Part shown: one piece after another, positions 51,764 to 61,352 of the stretch
How positions within the stretch are numbered: the stretch's first letter is position 1
Layout: each line of letters starts with the position of its first letter
NCBI GenBank assembly: GCA_949451655.1
Contig: CASTST010000001.1
Location: 1,981-65,980, forward strand
DNA length: 64,000 bases
From: an uncultured Eubacteriales bacterium
GTDB lineage: Bacteria > Bacillota > Clostridia > Oscillospirales > CAG-272
Direction: 5' to 3'
The notes under the pieces: model-generated
The model's input: only the letters and a program-made list of their open reading frames with translations
Databases searched by the model: none
Told to the model about the DNA's origin: nothing
Position numbers and translations under genes: made by a program

Positions 51764-52633
51764 TCATTCCTGCGGTGCGGCTGTATTTCCGCCGGCAGTG
51801 TCTGCCTGTACGATTAAACCGTCTTCAAAATAGCCAGTGTAGGTTCTGCCGTCCGGCCAGGTATAGGTTCCCTGCCCCCACAGGGTGTTATTCTGAAATT
51901 CCCCTGTATATACCTCTCCATTGGGCCAGGTGTAGGTTCCCTGTCCCCAGCGCTGATCTGCAAGAAAATCTCCTTCATAAACGCCGCCGTCTGCGTATTT
52001 GTATATGCCTTTTCCTTCTTTTGCGCCTTTGACATAGGAGCCTTCATAGGACGCGCCATCCGCCATGGTATGCACGCCTTCCCCGTCCTTTAAATCGTCC
52101 TTGAAGGAGCCGGTATATACGCTTCCATCCGCCCAGGTATACGTTCCTTGCCCGGATTTGTTGCCGTTTTCATATTCACCGTCATATATATCGCCGTTTG
52201 CAAAGGTAGTCACGCCGTGACCGTGCTGCCGGTCCTCATAAAATTCCCCTTCATAAATGTCTCCATTCTCCCGGGTCAGCTTGCCGGTTCCATGCTTGAC
52301 GAGATGCTTAACTTCCCCTTCATACACATCCCCGTTTGAATATTCCAATATCTTATTTTCTGCGTCATATGTGGCGGTAAGCCCTTTTACCGCGCTGTCT
52401 CCGCCATAAGAGATATGTCCGGTGGCAGGCATGCCGTCACTATTTAAAACGCCGACAAAGGATACGGAAAATCCGGTGTCAAAGCGGTATTTAACATATC
52501 GGATCCCAAAAAGATATAAAATCCCTACGATCAGCAGAATGCTCACCAATATAGAAACGCCGATAATAATGAAGTTGGTGCGGGTTTGAAAGCCGGTTTT
52601 CATTTTGCGTTTATTTTGTTTGGGCTGGGACAT
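51764..52633 (-). CDS. Membrane-anchored MORN-repeat protein
   Basis: 289-aa ORF with GGAG RBS, one N-terminal TM segment, and about 8 YEGE/YxGxxxxGxxxGxG MORN repeats. Confidence 0.8.
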   Translation of the reverse strand: MSQPKQNKRKMKTGFQTRTNFIIIGVSILVSILLIVGILYLFGIRYVKYRFDTGFSVSFVGVLNSDGMPATGHISYGGDSAVKGLTATYDAENKILEYSNGDVYEGEVKHLVKHGTGKLTRENGDIYEGEFYEDRQHGHGVTTFANGDIYDGEYENGNKSGQGTYTWADGSVYTGSFKDDLKDGEGVHTMADGASYEGSYVKGAKEGKGIYKYADGGVYEGDFLADQRWGQGTYTWPNGEVYTGEFQNNTLWGQGTYTWPDGRTYTGYFEDGLIVQADTAGGNTAAPQE

Positions 52634-52654
52634 GACAGTCTCCTTTCGCAGGGG

Positions 52655-53221
52655 TTACAGATTTTTAAACATGGTGATTGCGTTGTCAATCATCTGCAGA
52701 AGCTCCGGAATGAAAAAAGTAGCAAGAACGGCGATAACAAGAAGAATTATCCCGCCAATGAGGAGCCAGATTGGCGCGCTTCCTTTTTTCTCATAGCGAA
52801 CCTCGGCATGATACTTTTTTTCTTCCGGTACATAAAGCCGTGCTAAGGTTAAATCCAATTTTGGATTTGGCTGTGCCGATCCGGTAAAGAAACGGCGAAT
52901 GGCGCCGAATCGTTTATGTTCCGACGGGAGTAAACATTCCCCAGGATTTGCAATAGAAACAGATTTACGCAGGGCAGTGCCGTCCCGAAGAGCGCGCTTC
53001 ATTCCCCATGCGGGACGTCCAAGCTCGGATAGCGTTTTACCTGCTTCCGGGGACAAGCATTCTGCCGCAAGGAGTGCGCGTACCACACCGCCTAAATACC
53101 ATTTATTATATATAGAGGCAATGCCGCCGATCAGTATGCCTGCGTAAAGACCCCATATAATCAGGGTGAGAGATATGGTGGAATTCTCAAATGAAAAATT
53201 TGTATAAATGTCCAGTAACAT
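52655..53221 (-). CDS. Hypothetical membrane protein
   Basis: Inner ATG (MLLDIYTNFSFE...) with AAGGAGG 7 nt upstream. The longer ORF start (53293) runs into the spacer. Two or three predicted TM segments. Confidence 0.65.
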   Translation of the reverse strand: MLLDIYTNFSFENSTISLTLIIWGLYAGILIGGIASIYNKWYLGGVVRALLAAECLSPEAGKTLSELGRPAWGMKRALRDGTALRKSVSIANPGECLLPSEHKRFGAIRRFFTGSAQPNPKLDLTLARLYVPEEKKYHAEVRYEKKGSAPIWLLIGGIILLVIAVLATFFIPELLQMIDNAITMFKNL

Positions 53222-53302
53222 AGGAGACCTCCTTATGAATCTGGATTTTTGTACGATATTTGGAGGGACTTTCGGGTGGGGGGTATAGCACAAACTTTAT
53301 TA

Positions 53303-53725
53303 GCCACCCCCAGCTGGAGTCGCGCTGCAAGTTCCCACCTAACTTTATAGGCTCTCCCAGCAAAGGGAGCTGTCACGGTGCAGGCTCCGTCCTTTTTAGC
53401 CTCCCTTGTGCAAAGGGAGGTGGCACGCCGTAGGCGTGACGAAGGGATTGTCTGTACATACTGCCGATTAGTAGATTATCCAAAATGATAGTTTTACAAT
53501 CCCCCCGCCGATTGTATCGGCACCCCCTCTTGCTGGGGGCTTCCAAACAAACCTAAGCCTCCTGTGTGAGGATCCGCTGCGCGGCTCCAAAAGGAGGTGG
53601 CGCGGCGTTAGCCGTGACGGAGGAATTGTCTGTACATACTGCTGATTTGTAGATTATCTAAAATGATAGTATTACAATCCCTCACCCGCTACGCGGGAGC
53701 TCCCTTTGCACAAGGGAGCCTTTTT
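53303..53725 (+). repeat. Mosaic hairpin-repeat array R19 (2 units)
   Basis: Cores at 53444-53503 (F, left-type arms on both sides) and 53622-53681 (F). The array ends GGGAGCCTTTTT, 12 nt from the serS stop. Confidence 0.9.
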
Positions 53726-53736
53726 ACGTTTGTATA

Positions 53737-55023
53737 TCAGTCTTTCTTCAGAATATCCGTACCAAGATACTTTTGTAAAACCTCCGGCACAGAGACGCTG
53801 CCGTCCGCATTCTGATTCTGTTCTACGATTGCGGGCAGGATGCGGCTGGTTGCCAGACCGGAACCGTTCAATGTGTGTACAAATTCCGTTGTATTGCTGC
53901 CGTCCCGCTTGAAACGGATGCTTCCCCGGCGCGCCTGATAATCCCGCGCATTGGAAACAGAGGACACTTCTTTATATCCGTCCATGGAAGGAATGTGGAT
54001 TTCAATGTCATATGTCCGTGCCATAGATGCGGAGCAGTCTGCTGCGGCAAGCTTCACGGTGCGGAAATGGAATCCCAGACCCTTTACCAGCGCTTCCGCT
54101 TTTCCTACCAGTTCTTCAAAAGCTGCGTCGGAATCCTCCGGACGGGTGTACTGTACCATTTCAACCTTGTTAAACTGATGTCCCCGTACCATGCCCCGTT
54201 CATCTGTCCGGTAAGAGCCGGCTTCCCTGCGGAAACAGGGTGTGTAGGAGATATATTTCCGGGGCAGATCTGCCTCGGTGAGAATTTCATCCCGATGGAG
54301 GGATACAAGAGCAGTTTCTGCGGTAGGCAGCATGAACCGGCGTCGCTCATCCTCCGCAGTTTCCAGCCAGTATACTTCATCCTTAAATTTCGGGAACTGA
54401 CCTGCGGTAAGTCCGCATTCGTAGCCCAGCATATGGGGTACCAGCACCAGCTCATATCCATCGGAAAGGTGGGTGTCAATAAAGTAGTTCAGCAGTGCCC
54501 ACTCCAAGCGTGCACCCATTCCGCGGTAAATCCAGAATCCGTTTCCGGACAGCTTTGTTCCCCGCTTATAGTCGATCAGTCCCAGATCGGTACACAGATC
54601 TACGTGATTTTTCGGTTCAAAATCAAAATGATGAGGCTCGCCGAAATAGCGGATCGGTTCGTTGTTCTCTTTTCCGCCGGGCGCCAGATCCGGATCCGGC
54701 AGGTTGGGCAGTCCCAGCAGCAGATTGTTGTATTCTGCTTCCACCTGTGCCAGCTTTTCATCGTTCGCTTTAATCTGTGCGGACAGCTCTTTCATAGCTG
54801 CAAAAATGGGAGAGGGATCCTTTCCCTCTTTTTTCATTTGAGGGATTTGCTTGGTGGCGCGGTTCTGTTCCGCTTTTTTTGCTTCATTCTCGCTTATCAT
54901 TTCCCGACGGCGTGCGTCCAGTTCTACAATACGCGCAATGTCGTCCTTTGCGTCTGTTCCTTTTGCCGCCAGACGGCGGACAATTTCTTCCGGATTTTCC
55001 CGAATCAGTTTAATGTCCAGCAT
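53737..55023 (-). CDS. serS: Serine--tRNA ligase
   Basis: 428-aa ORF with AGGAG RBS, an N-terminal coiled coil and class II motifs. Confidence 0.96.
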   Translation of the reverse strand: MLDIKLIRENPEEIVRRLAAKGTDAKDDIARIVELDARRREMISENEAKKAEQNRATKQIPQMKKEGKDPSPIFAAMKELSAQIKANDEKLAQVEAEYNNLLLGLPNLPDPDLAPGGKENNEPIRYFGEPHHFDFEPKNHVDLCTDLGLIDYKRGTKLSGNGFWIYRGMGARLEWALLNYFIDTHLSDGYELVLVPHMLGYECGLTAGQFPKFKDEVYWLETAEDERRRFMLPTAETALVSLHRDEILTEADLPRKYISYTPCFRREAGSYRTDERGMVRGHQFNKVEMVQYTRPEDSDAAFEELVGKAEALVKGLGFHFRTVKLAAADCSASMARTYDIEIHIPSMDGYKEVSSVSNARDYQARRGSIRFKRDGSNTTEFVHTLNGSGLATSRILPAIVEQNQNADGSVSVPEVLQKYLGTDILKKD

Positions 55024-55063
55024 TGTTGCAACTCCTAATCAGTTATATAGAAATATATAAATT

Positions 55064-55936
55064 TTATTCTTCCGTAATTTTCCTGCCGCATACGGTTTCC
55101 AGCAGGGTTTCCAAATCGGTTTCATCAGAAAATTCAATAGATATGGTTTTTCTGCCGCCTTTGGTGGAAATCCGGCACCACCGTCCGGTAAGTCCGGTAA
55201 CCTTGTGCTCCAGCTCTGCTACATAGTTTACCTGCACGCCCGGTTCCTTGGGTGCGGGTGCAGGACGCTGTTTGTTCTGGGCTTTTACGGCGGCTTCCGT
55301 TTCCCGCACGGACAGATTGCGTGCAACAATCCGCTGGGCTAAGGCTTCGATACCGTCTTTGTCCCGCAGTCCCAGCAGTGCGCGGCAGTGCCCCGCAGTC
55401 AGTCTGCCATCCTGTAACATTACCGCAATACATTCCGGCAGATCCAGCAGACGCAGCGAATTGGCAATGGCGCTGCGGGATTTTCCCAGCCGTCCTGCCA
55501 CTTCCTCCTGGGTCAGATCAAACTGGGCAAGAAGGGTTTGATATGCCTGCGCTTCTTCATATGGATTGAGATCCTCCCGCTGGAGGTTTTCGATCAGGGC
55601 AAGCTGCGCGGTACGCAAATCGTCCGCTTCCAGCAGCAGCGCGGGGATTTCCGTCAGTCCTGCCAGCTTGGACGCCCGCCACCGCCGTTCCCCGGCGATA
55701 ATCTGGTACAGTCCATTTTGCCCTTCCCGCACCAGAATCGGCTGAAGCACGCCGTTTGCAGCAATGGAATCTGCAAGCTGAGACAGTGCCTCCGGATCAA
55801 AATGCTGCCGGGGCTGGTCGCTTTTCGGCTCCACCTGAGACAGGCGCAGCTTGATGACGCTGTCCTGGGGCTGATCCGGTGTGTTGTCGGAAAAAATCAT
55901 ATCAAGCCCTCTGCCGAGGGCAGGTTTTTTTGCCAT
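55064..55936 (-). CDS. parB: Chromosome partitioning protein ParB/Spo0J
   Basis: 290-aa ORF with GGAGG RBS. ParB-box (GERRWRAS) and HTH region. Confidence 0.93.
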   Translation of the reverse strand: MAKKPALGRGLDMIFSDNTPDQPQDSVIKLRLSQVEPKSDQPRQHFDPEALSQLADSIAANGVLQPILVREGQNGLYQIIAGERRWRASKLAGLTEIPALLLEADDLRTAQLALIENLQREDLNPYEEAQAYQTLLAQFDLTQEEVAGRLGKSRSAIANSLRLLDLPECIAVMLQDGRLTAGHCRALLGLRDKDGIEALAQRIVARNLSVRETEAAVKAQNKQRPAPAPKEPGVQVNYVAELEHKVTGLTGRWCRISTKGGRKTISIEFSDETDLETLLETVCGRKITEE

Positions 55937-56006
55937 GAGTACCTCCGTATTTTATCATGGGGAAGAAGCGAATGTGCGGCTTTATTGGGGCTCGCCGCGG
56001 GCGCCG

Positions 56007-56121
56007 CTTAGCCCTTTTTTGTAAAAAAGGGCTAAGAACCCAAAAAACTTTAAAAAGGAATTATATAATTCTATTGGAGTTTTTGAGGATTCAAAAGGGA
56101 CTTTTTACAAAAAGTTCCTTT
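56007..56121. other. Three palindromes in the parA-parB spacer
   Basis: CTTAGCCCTTTTTTGTAAAAAAGGGCTAAG (56007-36), GAATTATATAATTC (56058-71) and AAAGGGACTTTTTACAAAAAGTTCCTTT (56094-121). Confidence 0.6.
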
Positions 56122-56154
56122 TGCGGGGTCAGGGGCAGCGCCCCTATGTAATTC

Positions 56155-56925
56155 TTACAGAACCCGGGAAACCAGTTCCTTTGCAATTTCCATATATGCA
56201 AGGGAGCCTTTTGAATACTTGTCGTGATAGAAAATCGGCTGTCCGAAGCTGGGCGCTTCCGAAAGCTTTACGTTACGCACTACAGGCGTTTTAAACAGCT
56301 TGTCCGCATAGTAGCGTTTCAATTCCGCAAGCACCTGGGTGGAAAGGTTGAGCCGTCCGTTATACATAGTAATCAGAATGCCTGTGATTGACAGAAGGGG
56401 ATTGTATAACTGCTTCACTTTTTTGATAGAGATCATCAGCTGGGACAGCCCTTCCAGTGAGTAATATTCACACTGCATGGGAATCACCACACCGTGGGAA
56501 CAGGAAAGGGCATTTACAGTAAGCATACCCAATGAGGGGGGGCAATCGGTGAAAACAAAGTCAAAATCTTCTCCAACATCGGCAAGCACGCTGCGCAGGG
56601 AGTATTCCCGTTTTTCCCGGTCCAGCAGTTCGATTTCAGCGCCTGCAAGATCCATGGTGGCAGGCAGGAGCCAGAGTCTGTTAAATTGGGTGGGAACGAT
56701 TGCCGCGGCGGGGGAGCAGCCCCCGAGCAATGCGTCGTACATGGAATAGTGCAAAGATTTTTTATTCTGACCTACGCCGCTGGTAGCATTTCCCTGGGGA
56801 TCCAGATCGGCAAGGAGCACGCGGAATCCGAGGCTTGCAACGCAGGCGGCTATATTGACAGCGGAAGTGGTTTTGCCCACACCGCCTTTTTGATTTGCAA
56901 ATGAGATAATAACAGGTCCGCCCAC
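56155..56925 (-). CDS. parA: Chromosome partitioning ATPase ParA/Soj
   Basis: GTG at 56925, 6-7 nt after GGAGG (VGGPVIISFANQKGGVGKTTS...). The longer ORF start (57027) runs into repeat array R20. Confidence 0.9.
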   Translation of the reverse strand: MGGPVIISFANQKGGVGKTTSAVNIAACVASLGFRVLLADLDPQGNATSGVGQNKKSLHYSMYDALLGGCSPAAAIVPTQFNRLWLLPATMDLAGAEIELLDREKREYSLRSVLADVGEDFDFVFTDCPPSLGMLTVNALSCSHGVVIPMQCEYYSLEGLSQLMISIKKVKQLYNPLLSITGILITMYNGRLNLSTQVLAELKRYYADKLFKTPVVRNVKLSEAPSFGQPIFYHDKYSKGSLAYMEIAKELVSRVL

Positions 56926-57022
56926 TACATAACCTCCATATATAAATTCATACCTTATATTATAAGGCTGCGGGGGATTTTTGTCAACAGAATTTGATGC
57001 GGTGTTATAAAGATTTCGGCAA

Positions 57023-57187
57023 AGCACAGACTAAAAGGCTCCCTTGTGCAAAGGGAGCTGGCTCCGCGTAGCGGAGACTGAGGGATTGTTATACTATCAT
57101 TTTGAATAATCTTCAAATCGGCAGTATGTGCAAACAATTCCTCCGTCTTGCCTTACGGCAAGCCACCTCCTTTTGCACAAAGGAGGC
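57023..57187 (-). repeat. Mosaic hairpin-repeat unit R20
   Basis: Core at 57082-57141 (R). The first ~110 nt, including the 14-nt lead-in AGCACAGACTAAAA, are nearly identical to R21. Confidence 0.9.
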
Positions 57188-57225
57188 TGATAAAGTTCCT
57201 GCGAATTTGAAAAATATCTATTCAT

Positions 57226-57281
57226 ATTTACAACAGATTCGTTGTAAATTCCCGGTGATATATCTCAATACTATTGTAAAT
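57226..57281. promoter_or_regulatory. Candidate operator upstream of the HTH gene
   Basis: ATTTACAAC-N6-GTTGTAAAT palindrome (57226-57249) plus a third half-site ATTGTAAAT (57273-57281). A TGcTATAGT extended -10 lies at ~57303. Confidence 0.35.
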
Positions 57282-57437
57282 GGAATACCTACATATTTTT
57301 TGTGCTATAGTTATACTTGTTTATTGGATCATGTAAATTGTTCTCTATTTTGTCCGTTTTTCATCCCAATGGATCCTGTGCGGAAAAAGACGGAATGTGT
57401 ATAATTTTAGTAAATAACAAAAGATAGGTGGGTGTGA

Positions 57438-57755
57438 ATGGACAGTATAAAATTGGGAATCAAAATCAGAAAATGCAGACAAGCCCGCCATCTAAGTCAA
57501 AATGAATTAGCGGAGAAAGCAGAAATCAGTACAAGATATCTTGGGGATATCGAACGGGGAGCAAAGATTCCAAAACTATCAACTTTCATCAATTTACTGA
57601 ATGCAATGAATGTATCAGCAGACTATGTACTTATGGACGCGTTGCATGTGCAGCAATCGGAATTGGAAGTATCTTTTGAGTATCTTCCGCCGGAAACAAA
57701 AACAAAAATGCTGGATGTTTTGGAGACAATGATCCGCAATTTTGCGAACGGATGA
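57438..57755 (+). CDS. XRE-family helix-turn-helix transcriptional regulator
   Basis: 105-aa ORF. LSQNELAEKAEISTRYLGDIERG is a Cro/C1-type HTH. Confidence 0.85.
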   Translation: MDSIKLGIKIRKCRQARHLSQNELAEKAEISTRYLGDIERGAKIPKLSTFINLLNAMNVSADYVLMDALHVQQSELEVSFEYLPPETKTKMLDVLETMIRNFANG

Positions 57756-58150
57756 GCCACGATCTTATTAAAAAGCAGATTGCTTTCATTGAAGCCTGCG
57801 GGCGGATTGTCCTTCCTCCGTATATATGCAAAACGATGGACTGGGAGCCGGGCATGGACATTATTGCAACCAAAGTAGGTGGGATATTGGTTTTGCAGCC
57901 GGCGGTCCGTCCGAAATGCTGTATTTGCGGGGCGGATTTGCGTGTTAAAAAGCTTCTACATACATACATTTGTCAGGATTGCATTGATCATGGGGATAAA
58001 TACCTGATATGGGAAAAAACGGCAAAGGTATGGGAAGGAAGAGATGACTATGAGGATGAGTGTGTGGAAGAAATAGGAGAGCTCTGCGATTATGGGTATG
58101 ACAATGAAAACGAAGAAGATTATGATAGTGATGCGTTTATGAGAAATTAA
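57752..58150 (+). CDS. AbrB/SpoVT-like domain protein with a Cys4 ribbon and an acidic tail
   Basis: 132-aa ORF overlapping the HTH gene by 4 nt. GRIVLPPYICKTMDWEPGMDII..LVLQP resembles a swapped-hairpin AbrB fold. CCICG...CQDC follows, then an Asp/Glu-rich C-terminus. Confidence 0.6.
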   Translation: MSHDLIKKQIAFIEACGRIVLPPYICKTMDWEPGMDIIATKVGGILVLQPAVRPKCCICGADLRVKKLLHTYICQDCIDHGDKYLIWEKTAKVWEGRDDYEDECVEEIGELCDYGYDNENEEDYDSDAFMRN

Positions 58151-58413
58151 GCACAGACTAAAAAGGCTCCCTTGTGCAAAGGGAGCTGGCTCCGCATAGC
58201 GGAGACTGAGGGATTGTTATACTATCATTTTGAATAATCTTCAAATCGACAGTGTGTGCAGACAATCCCTCCGTGTTTTGCTGCGCAAAACCCACCTCCC
58301 TTTGCACAAGGGAGGCTTTGGTGAGGTGGTAACTTGGTGTGCCACCTCCTTTTGCTAGGAGGAGGCTTTAGTATGGCGGTAGCTGGCGCGTCACTTTCCT
58401 CTACCGGGTGAGC
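58150..58413 (-). repeat. Mosaic hairpin-repeat array R21 (1 unit)
   Basis: Core at 58210-58269 (R). It is a direct repeat of R20 across the right-type arm and core, with a different distal arm (GTTTTGC-TGC-GCAAAAC). Confidence 0.9.
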
Positions 58414-58425
58414 CTTTGTTCCCGC

Positions 58426-58457
58426 AAAAAACGCTTTGCGTATGCAAAGCGTTTTTT
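58426..58457 (-). terminator. Intrinsic terminator after jag
   Basis: AAAAAACGCTTTGC-GTAT-GCAAAGCGTTTTTT, a 14-bp stem flanked by A and T runs, 3 nt from the jag stop. Confidence 0.85.
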
Positions 58458-58459
58458 AC

Positions 58460-59461
58460 TTATTCTTCCGTTTTGTTTGCTTCAGGACGGGGTCCTCTGC
58501 GGCGGCGGTCAACTTTGTCCGCACCTTCGTAGCAAACTACGATTTTGCGGTTTTCATCCCGTCCAACCGAGTGGGTGGATACATTTTCAATATCCTGAAT
58601 TTCAGAGTGGATAATGCGCCGCTCAAAGGGATTCATAGGCTCCAGCACAATATTTCTGCGATATTTCTGTGCTTTTGCAGCTGTCCGACGCGCCAGAGCG
58701 CGCAGAGTTTCCTCCCGCTTGCGGCGGTAATTTTCAATATCTACGATAATCTTTACAAAATCCTTGGAGGTTCCGCCGCCCTTGCGGTGGGTGCAAAGAT
58801 TTACAAGATACTGAATCGCATCCAGCGTTTCTCCATGGTGCCCAATGAGAATGCCCGCGCCTTCTCCGGTGATTTCCATCCGGGGATATGTGTTTCCGCC
58901 AATTCCGGAAGGTTCGTCCTCTACAAATTCTGCTTTTGCGTCAACGCCCATATCGGAAAGAAGCATATTCAAAAAGGACAGTGCGCATGCCCGCTCTTCA
59001 TCGGTGATTTCGATAACTTTGGTTTCTTTGATATTTTTGGCTTTCGGTGCGCTTTCCTGTTTTGCAGCAGGCGCTGCCTCCTTTTTCGGAGCAGGAGCAG
59101 ATTTTGCAGGCTTTGCTGCTTCTTCTGTCTTTACAGGTTTTGCAGGGGCAGCTTCCGCCAGCTTGTCCTTCTTTGGAGCAGCCGGCTTTTTCTGTGCCGG
59201 TGTGCTTCCGTCTCCGCCTTTGCCTGTGGCGACTTTCAGTCCCTTAATAGATGCTACGATGCCGGAAAGATCCGTATCTTCCTCTTCCGGTTCATCGTTG
59301 ATGATTACTTTAATTTTTGCAGGGGAAGCGCCGATTCCGAAGATTCCCTTTTTCGGCATTTCCAAAATCTCATACTGGACATTTTCCCCGCTGTATTCCG
59401 ACTGCGCCTGTGCCATAGCGGCTTCAAAGGTTTTGCCGGTGATAATGATTTCTTCTGCCAT
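58460..59461 (-). CDS. jag: RNA-binding protein Jag/KhpB (Jag_N, KH, R3H) with a Pro/Ala/Lys-rich linker
   Basis: Inner ATG (MAEEIIITGKTFEAAMAQA...). C-terminal KH/R3H region (LEPMNPFERRIIH). Positioned after yidC. Confidence 0.88.
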   Translation of the reverse strand: MAEEIIITGKTFEAAMAQAQSEYSGENVQYEILEMPKKGIFGIGASPAKIKVIINDEPEEEDTDLSGIVASIKGLKVATGKGGDGSTPAQKKPAAPKKDKLAEAAPAKPVKTEEAAKPAKSAPAPKKEAAPAAKQESAPKAKNIKETKVIEITDEERACALSFLNMLLSDMGVDAKAEFVEDEPSGIGGNTYPRMEITGEGAGILIGHHGETLDAIQYLVNLCTHRKGGGTSKDFVKIIVDIENYRRKREETLRALARRTAAKAQKYRRNIVLEPMNPFERRIIHSEIQDIENVSTHSVGRDENRKIVVCYEGADKVDRRRRGPRPEANKTEE

Positions 59462-59508
59462 AACGATCTCCATTTTCAAGCTGTTTTCGGACGACCGCCC
59501 GAAATGCT

Positions 59509-60660
59509 TTATTTCTTTTTATACTGTTTTGTGCCCTTGTCCTCTTTGATCAAAGGGGCTTCGGCGCTGTCCGCCGGGGGCAGTTCCTTTTTCTCTGCCT
59601 TTTCAGCAGACTCTTTCGGCGCGTCCTTCTTGCTGTCGATTGCGGGAGTGCTTTCATCCTCATCGTCAATATGATGGAGGGAGCGTTTGCCGCTGCCGGC
59701 AGGAAGTGTGCCGCCCGGTTTCTTCTTGTTCTTTTTGGACGAGCCGTTCAATTCCCGTTCTGCCGCTTTATAGTCCTCTTCCGTAAAGGTTGGGGGCGGC
59801 ATGATCTTGTACAAAGCCATTTGCTGGAGTGTTGCCGCAATGGAGCGGTAAATCCAGTAGATACCTACAGCAGCAGGCATATAGAAAGAAACATATACAG
59901 AAATCAGCGGTGTGGTGTACATCATAATCTTCATGGAAAGACTATTCTGCTGCGCTTTCGTTGCAGGATCCTGATATGTAAAATGCCGGGTGATGATCTG
60001 GCTTGCGATCATGACAACAAAAATCAGAACCGGAATCAGCACCAGAATAGATGCAAATTTCGGTGCCTGGGACATGTCAAATCCGCCGATTGAGAAGGTG
60101 GGAAGCACGGTAGGCGTTTCCCCGTTTAGAAGCGTATTGACATGTTCGGTTTCATCCTTGTGTTCCAGCAGATACCGCAGGATGTCATACTGCTGGGAAC
60201 GCACATCTTGGGAAATTGCAATCCCCGCGTTTTTGAAGTTTTCGACAATTTTTGCAATCCCGCTGCCGTCAAACCGGCAGATTCCGCAGATATACCGCAG
60301 GGGGTTGACAATCACCTGATACAGTGCCAGAATAATGGGAAGCTGGATCAGCATGGGAAGACAGCCGCCCATGGGGTTGAAGCCGTTTTCCTGATACATT
60401 TTCTGGGTTTCTTCCTGCATTTTCAGCTGGGTTGCCTGGTCCGTGCGACCTGCGTATTTTTTACGCAGCGCAGCAACCTTGGGGGCAAGGGCAGCCTGTT
60501 TCAGGGAGTTTTTGTGGGTGCGGATACCAAAGATAAAGCAAAGCACAAGCTGCACCAGAACGGTGAATACAGCAAGGGCTGCAAGATAGTTCGGGAAGAT
60601 CCAGCAGCAGAACTGCATGAGATACCCGAAGGGGACGATCAGATAATCAAAAAAGCTCAT
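59509..60660 (-). CDS. yidC: Membrane protein insertase YidC with a long Lys-rich C-terminal tail
   Basis: 383-aa ORF with the YidC/Oxa1 core (GGCLPMLIQLPI...). Positioned after yidD/rnpA. Confidence 0.92.
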   Translation of the reverse strand: MSFFDYLIVPFGYLMQFCCWIFPNYLAALAVFTVLVQLVLCFIFGIRTHKNSLKQAALAPKVAALRKKYAGRTDQATQLKMQEETQKMYQENGFNPMGGCLPMLIQLPIILALYQVIVNPLRYICGICRFDGSGIAKIVENFKNAGIAISQDVRSQQYDILRYLLEHKDETEHVNTLLNGETPTVLPTFSIGGFDMSQAPKFASILVLIPVLIFVVMIASQIITRHFTYQDPATKAQQNSLSMKIMMYTTPLISVYVSFYMPAAVGIYWIYRSIAATLQQMALYKIMPPPTFTEEDYKAAERELNGSSKKNKKKPGGTLPAGSGKRSLHHIDDEDESTPAIDSKKDAPKESAEKAEKKELPPADSAEAPLIKEDKGTKQYKKK

Positions 60661-60699
60661 CTTTCAGATTTACCTTTCAGAAGGTTAATACAAGGGCAG

Positions 60700-60939
60700 T
60701 CAGTGTTTCTTTTTCCCGGATTTGCGCACGGGTACAGGATCATATCCGCCCCTTCCCCAAGGATTGCATCGCAGAATCCGCCAGAGGGAAAGCGCAAGAC
60801 CCCGCACCACGCCCCACTCCTCAATGGCAAGAATGCAATACTGGGAGCAGGTAGGGGTAAACCGGCAGCGCGCTGGAAAAAGAGGAGAAAGGAATTTTTG
60901 GTACAGGCGCACCGGCGCCTGAAAAATCTTTTTAAACAT
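60700..60939 (-). CDS. yidD: Membrane protein insertion efficiency factor YidD
   Basis: 79-aa ORF with the YQKFLSPLFPARCRFTPTCSQY motif. Confidence 0.92.
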   Translation of the reverse strand: MFKKIFQAPVRLYQKFLSPLFPARCRFTPTCSQYCILAIEEWGVVRGLALSLWRILRCNPWGRGGYDPVPVRKSGKKKH

Positions 60940-61352
60940 TATTGCCCCGAACCGCTGTGCGGTTCTTTCTGTTTTTGTTGCTGAAGCATGTCAACTTTGC
61001 GCAGGCAGTACTGCAAATCACGCAAAACGTCCTGCATTTTTGAAACCGTGGCGGCATGCCTTGCGGTAATCACCACAAGATAGCCTTTTTTCACACCTAT
61101 TTCTGCGTCTGTCAGTCTGTATGCCTCGCGGATAACCCGCTTGGCACGGTTGCGTTCCACGGCACCTCCGATTTTCTTTGAGGCGGAAATGCCCACGCGG
61201 TTGATCGTTTGCTTCATGGGATTTGCGGCGCGCAGGGCGCGCGCCTTACGGTCGCCCAGGATATATACGCAAACAGTTTTAGCCGCGGCGCGCCTGCCGC
61301 GGGCATATGCTTTCTGGTATAGATGATTTTCGCAAATGGCGATCTGCTTCAC
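60939..61352 (-). CDS. rnpA: Ribonuclease P protein component
   Basis: GTG at 61352, 6 nt after GGGAGG (the ORF track start is at 61385). RnpA-like (VGISASKKIGGAVERNRAKRVIREAYR). TAATG overlap with yidD. Confidence 0.88.
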   Translation of the reverse strand: MKQIAICENHLYQKAYARGRRAAAKTVCVYILGDRKARALRAANPMKQTINRVGISASKKIGGAVERNRAKRVIREAYRLTDAEIGVKKGYLVVITARHAATVSKMQDVLRDLQYCLRKVDMLQQQKQKEPHSGSGQ

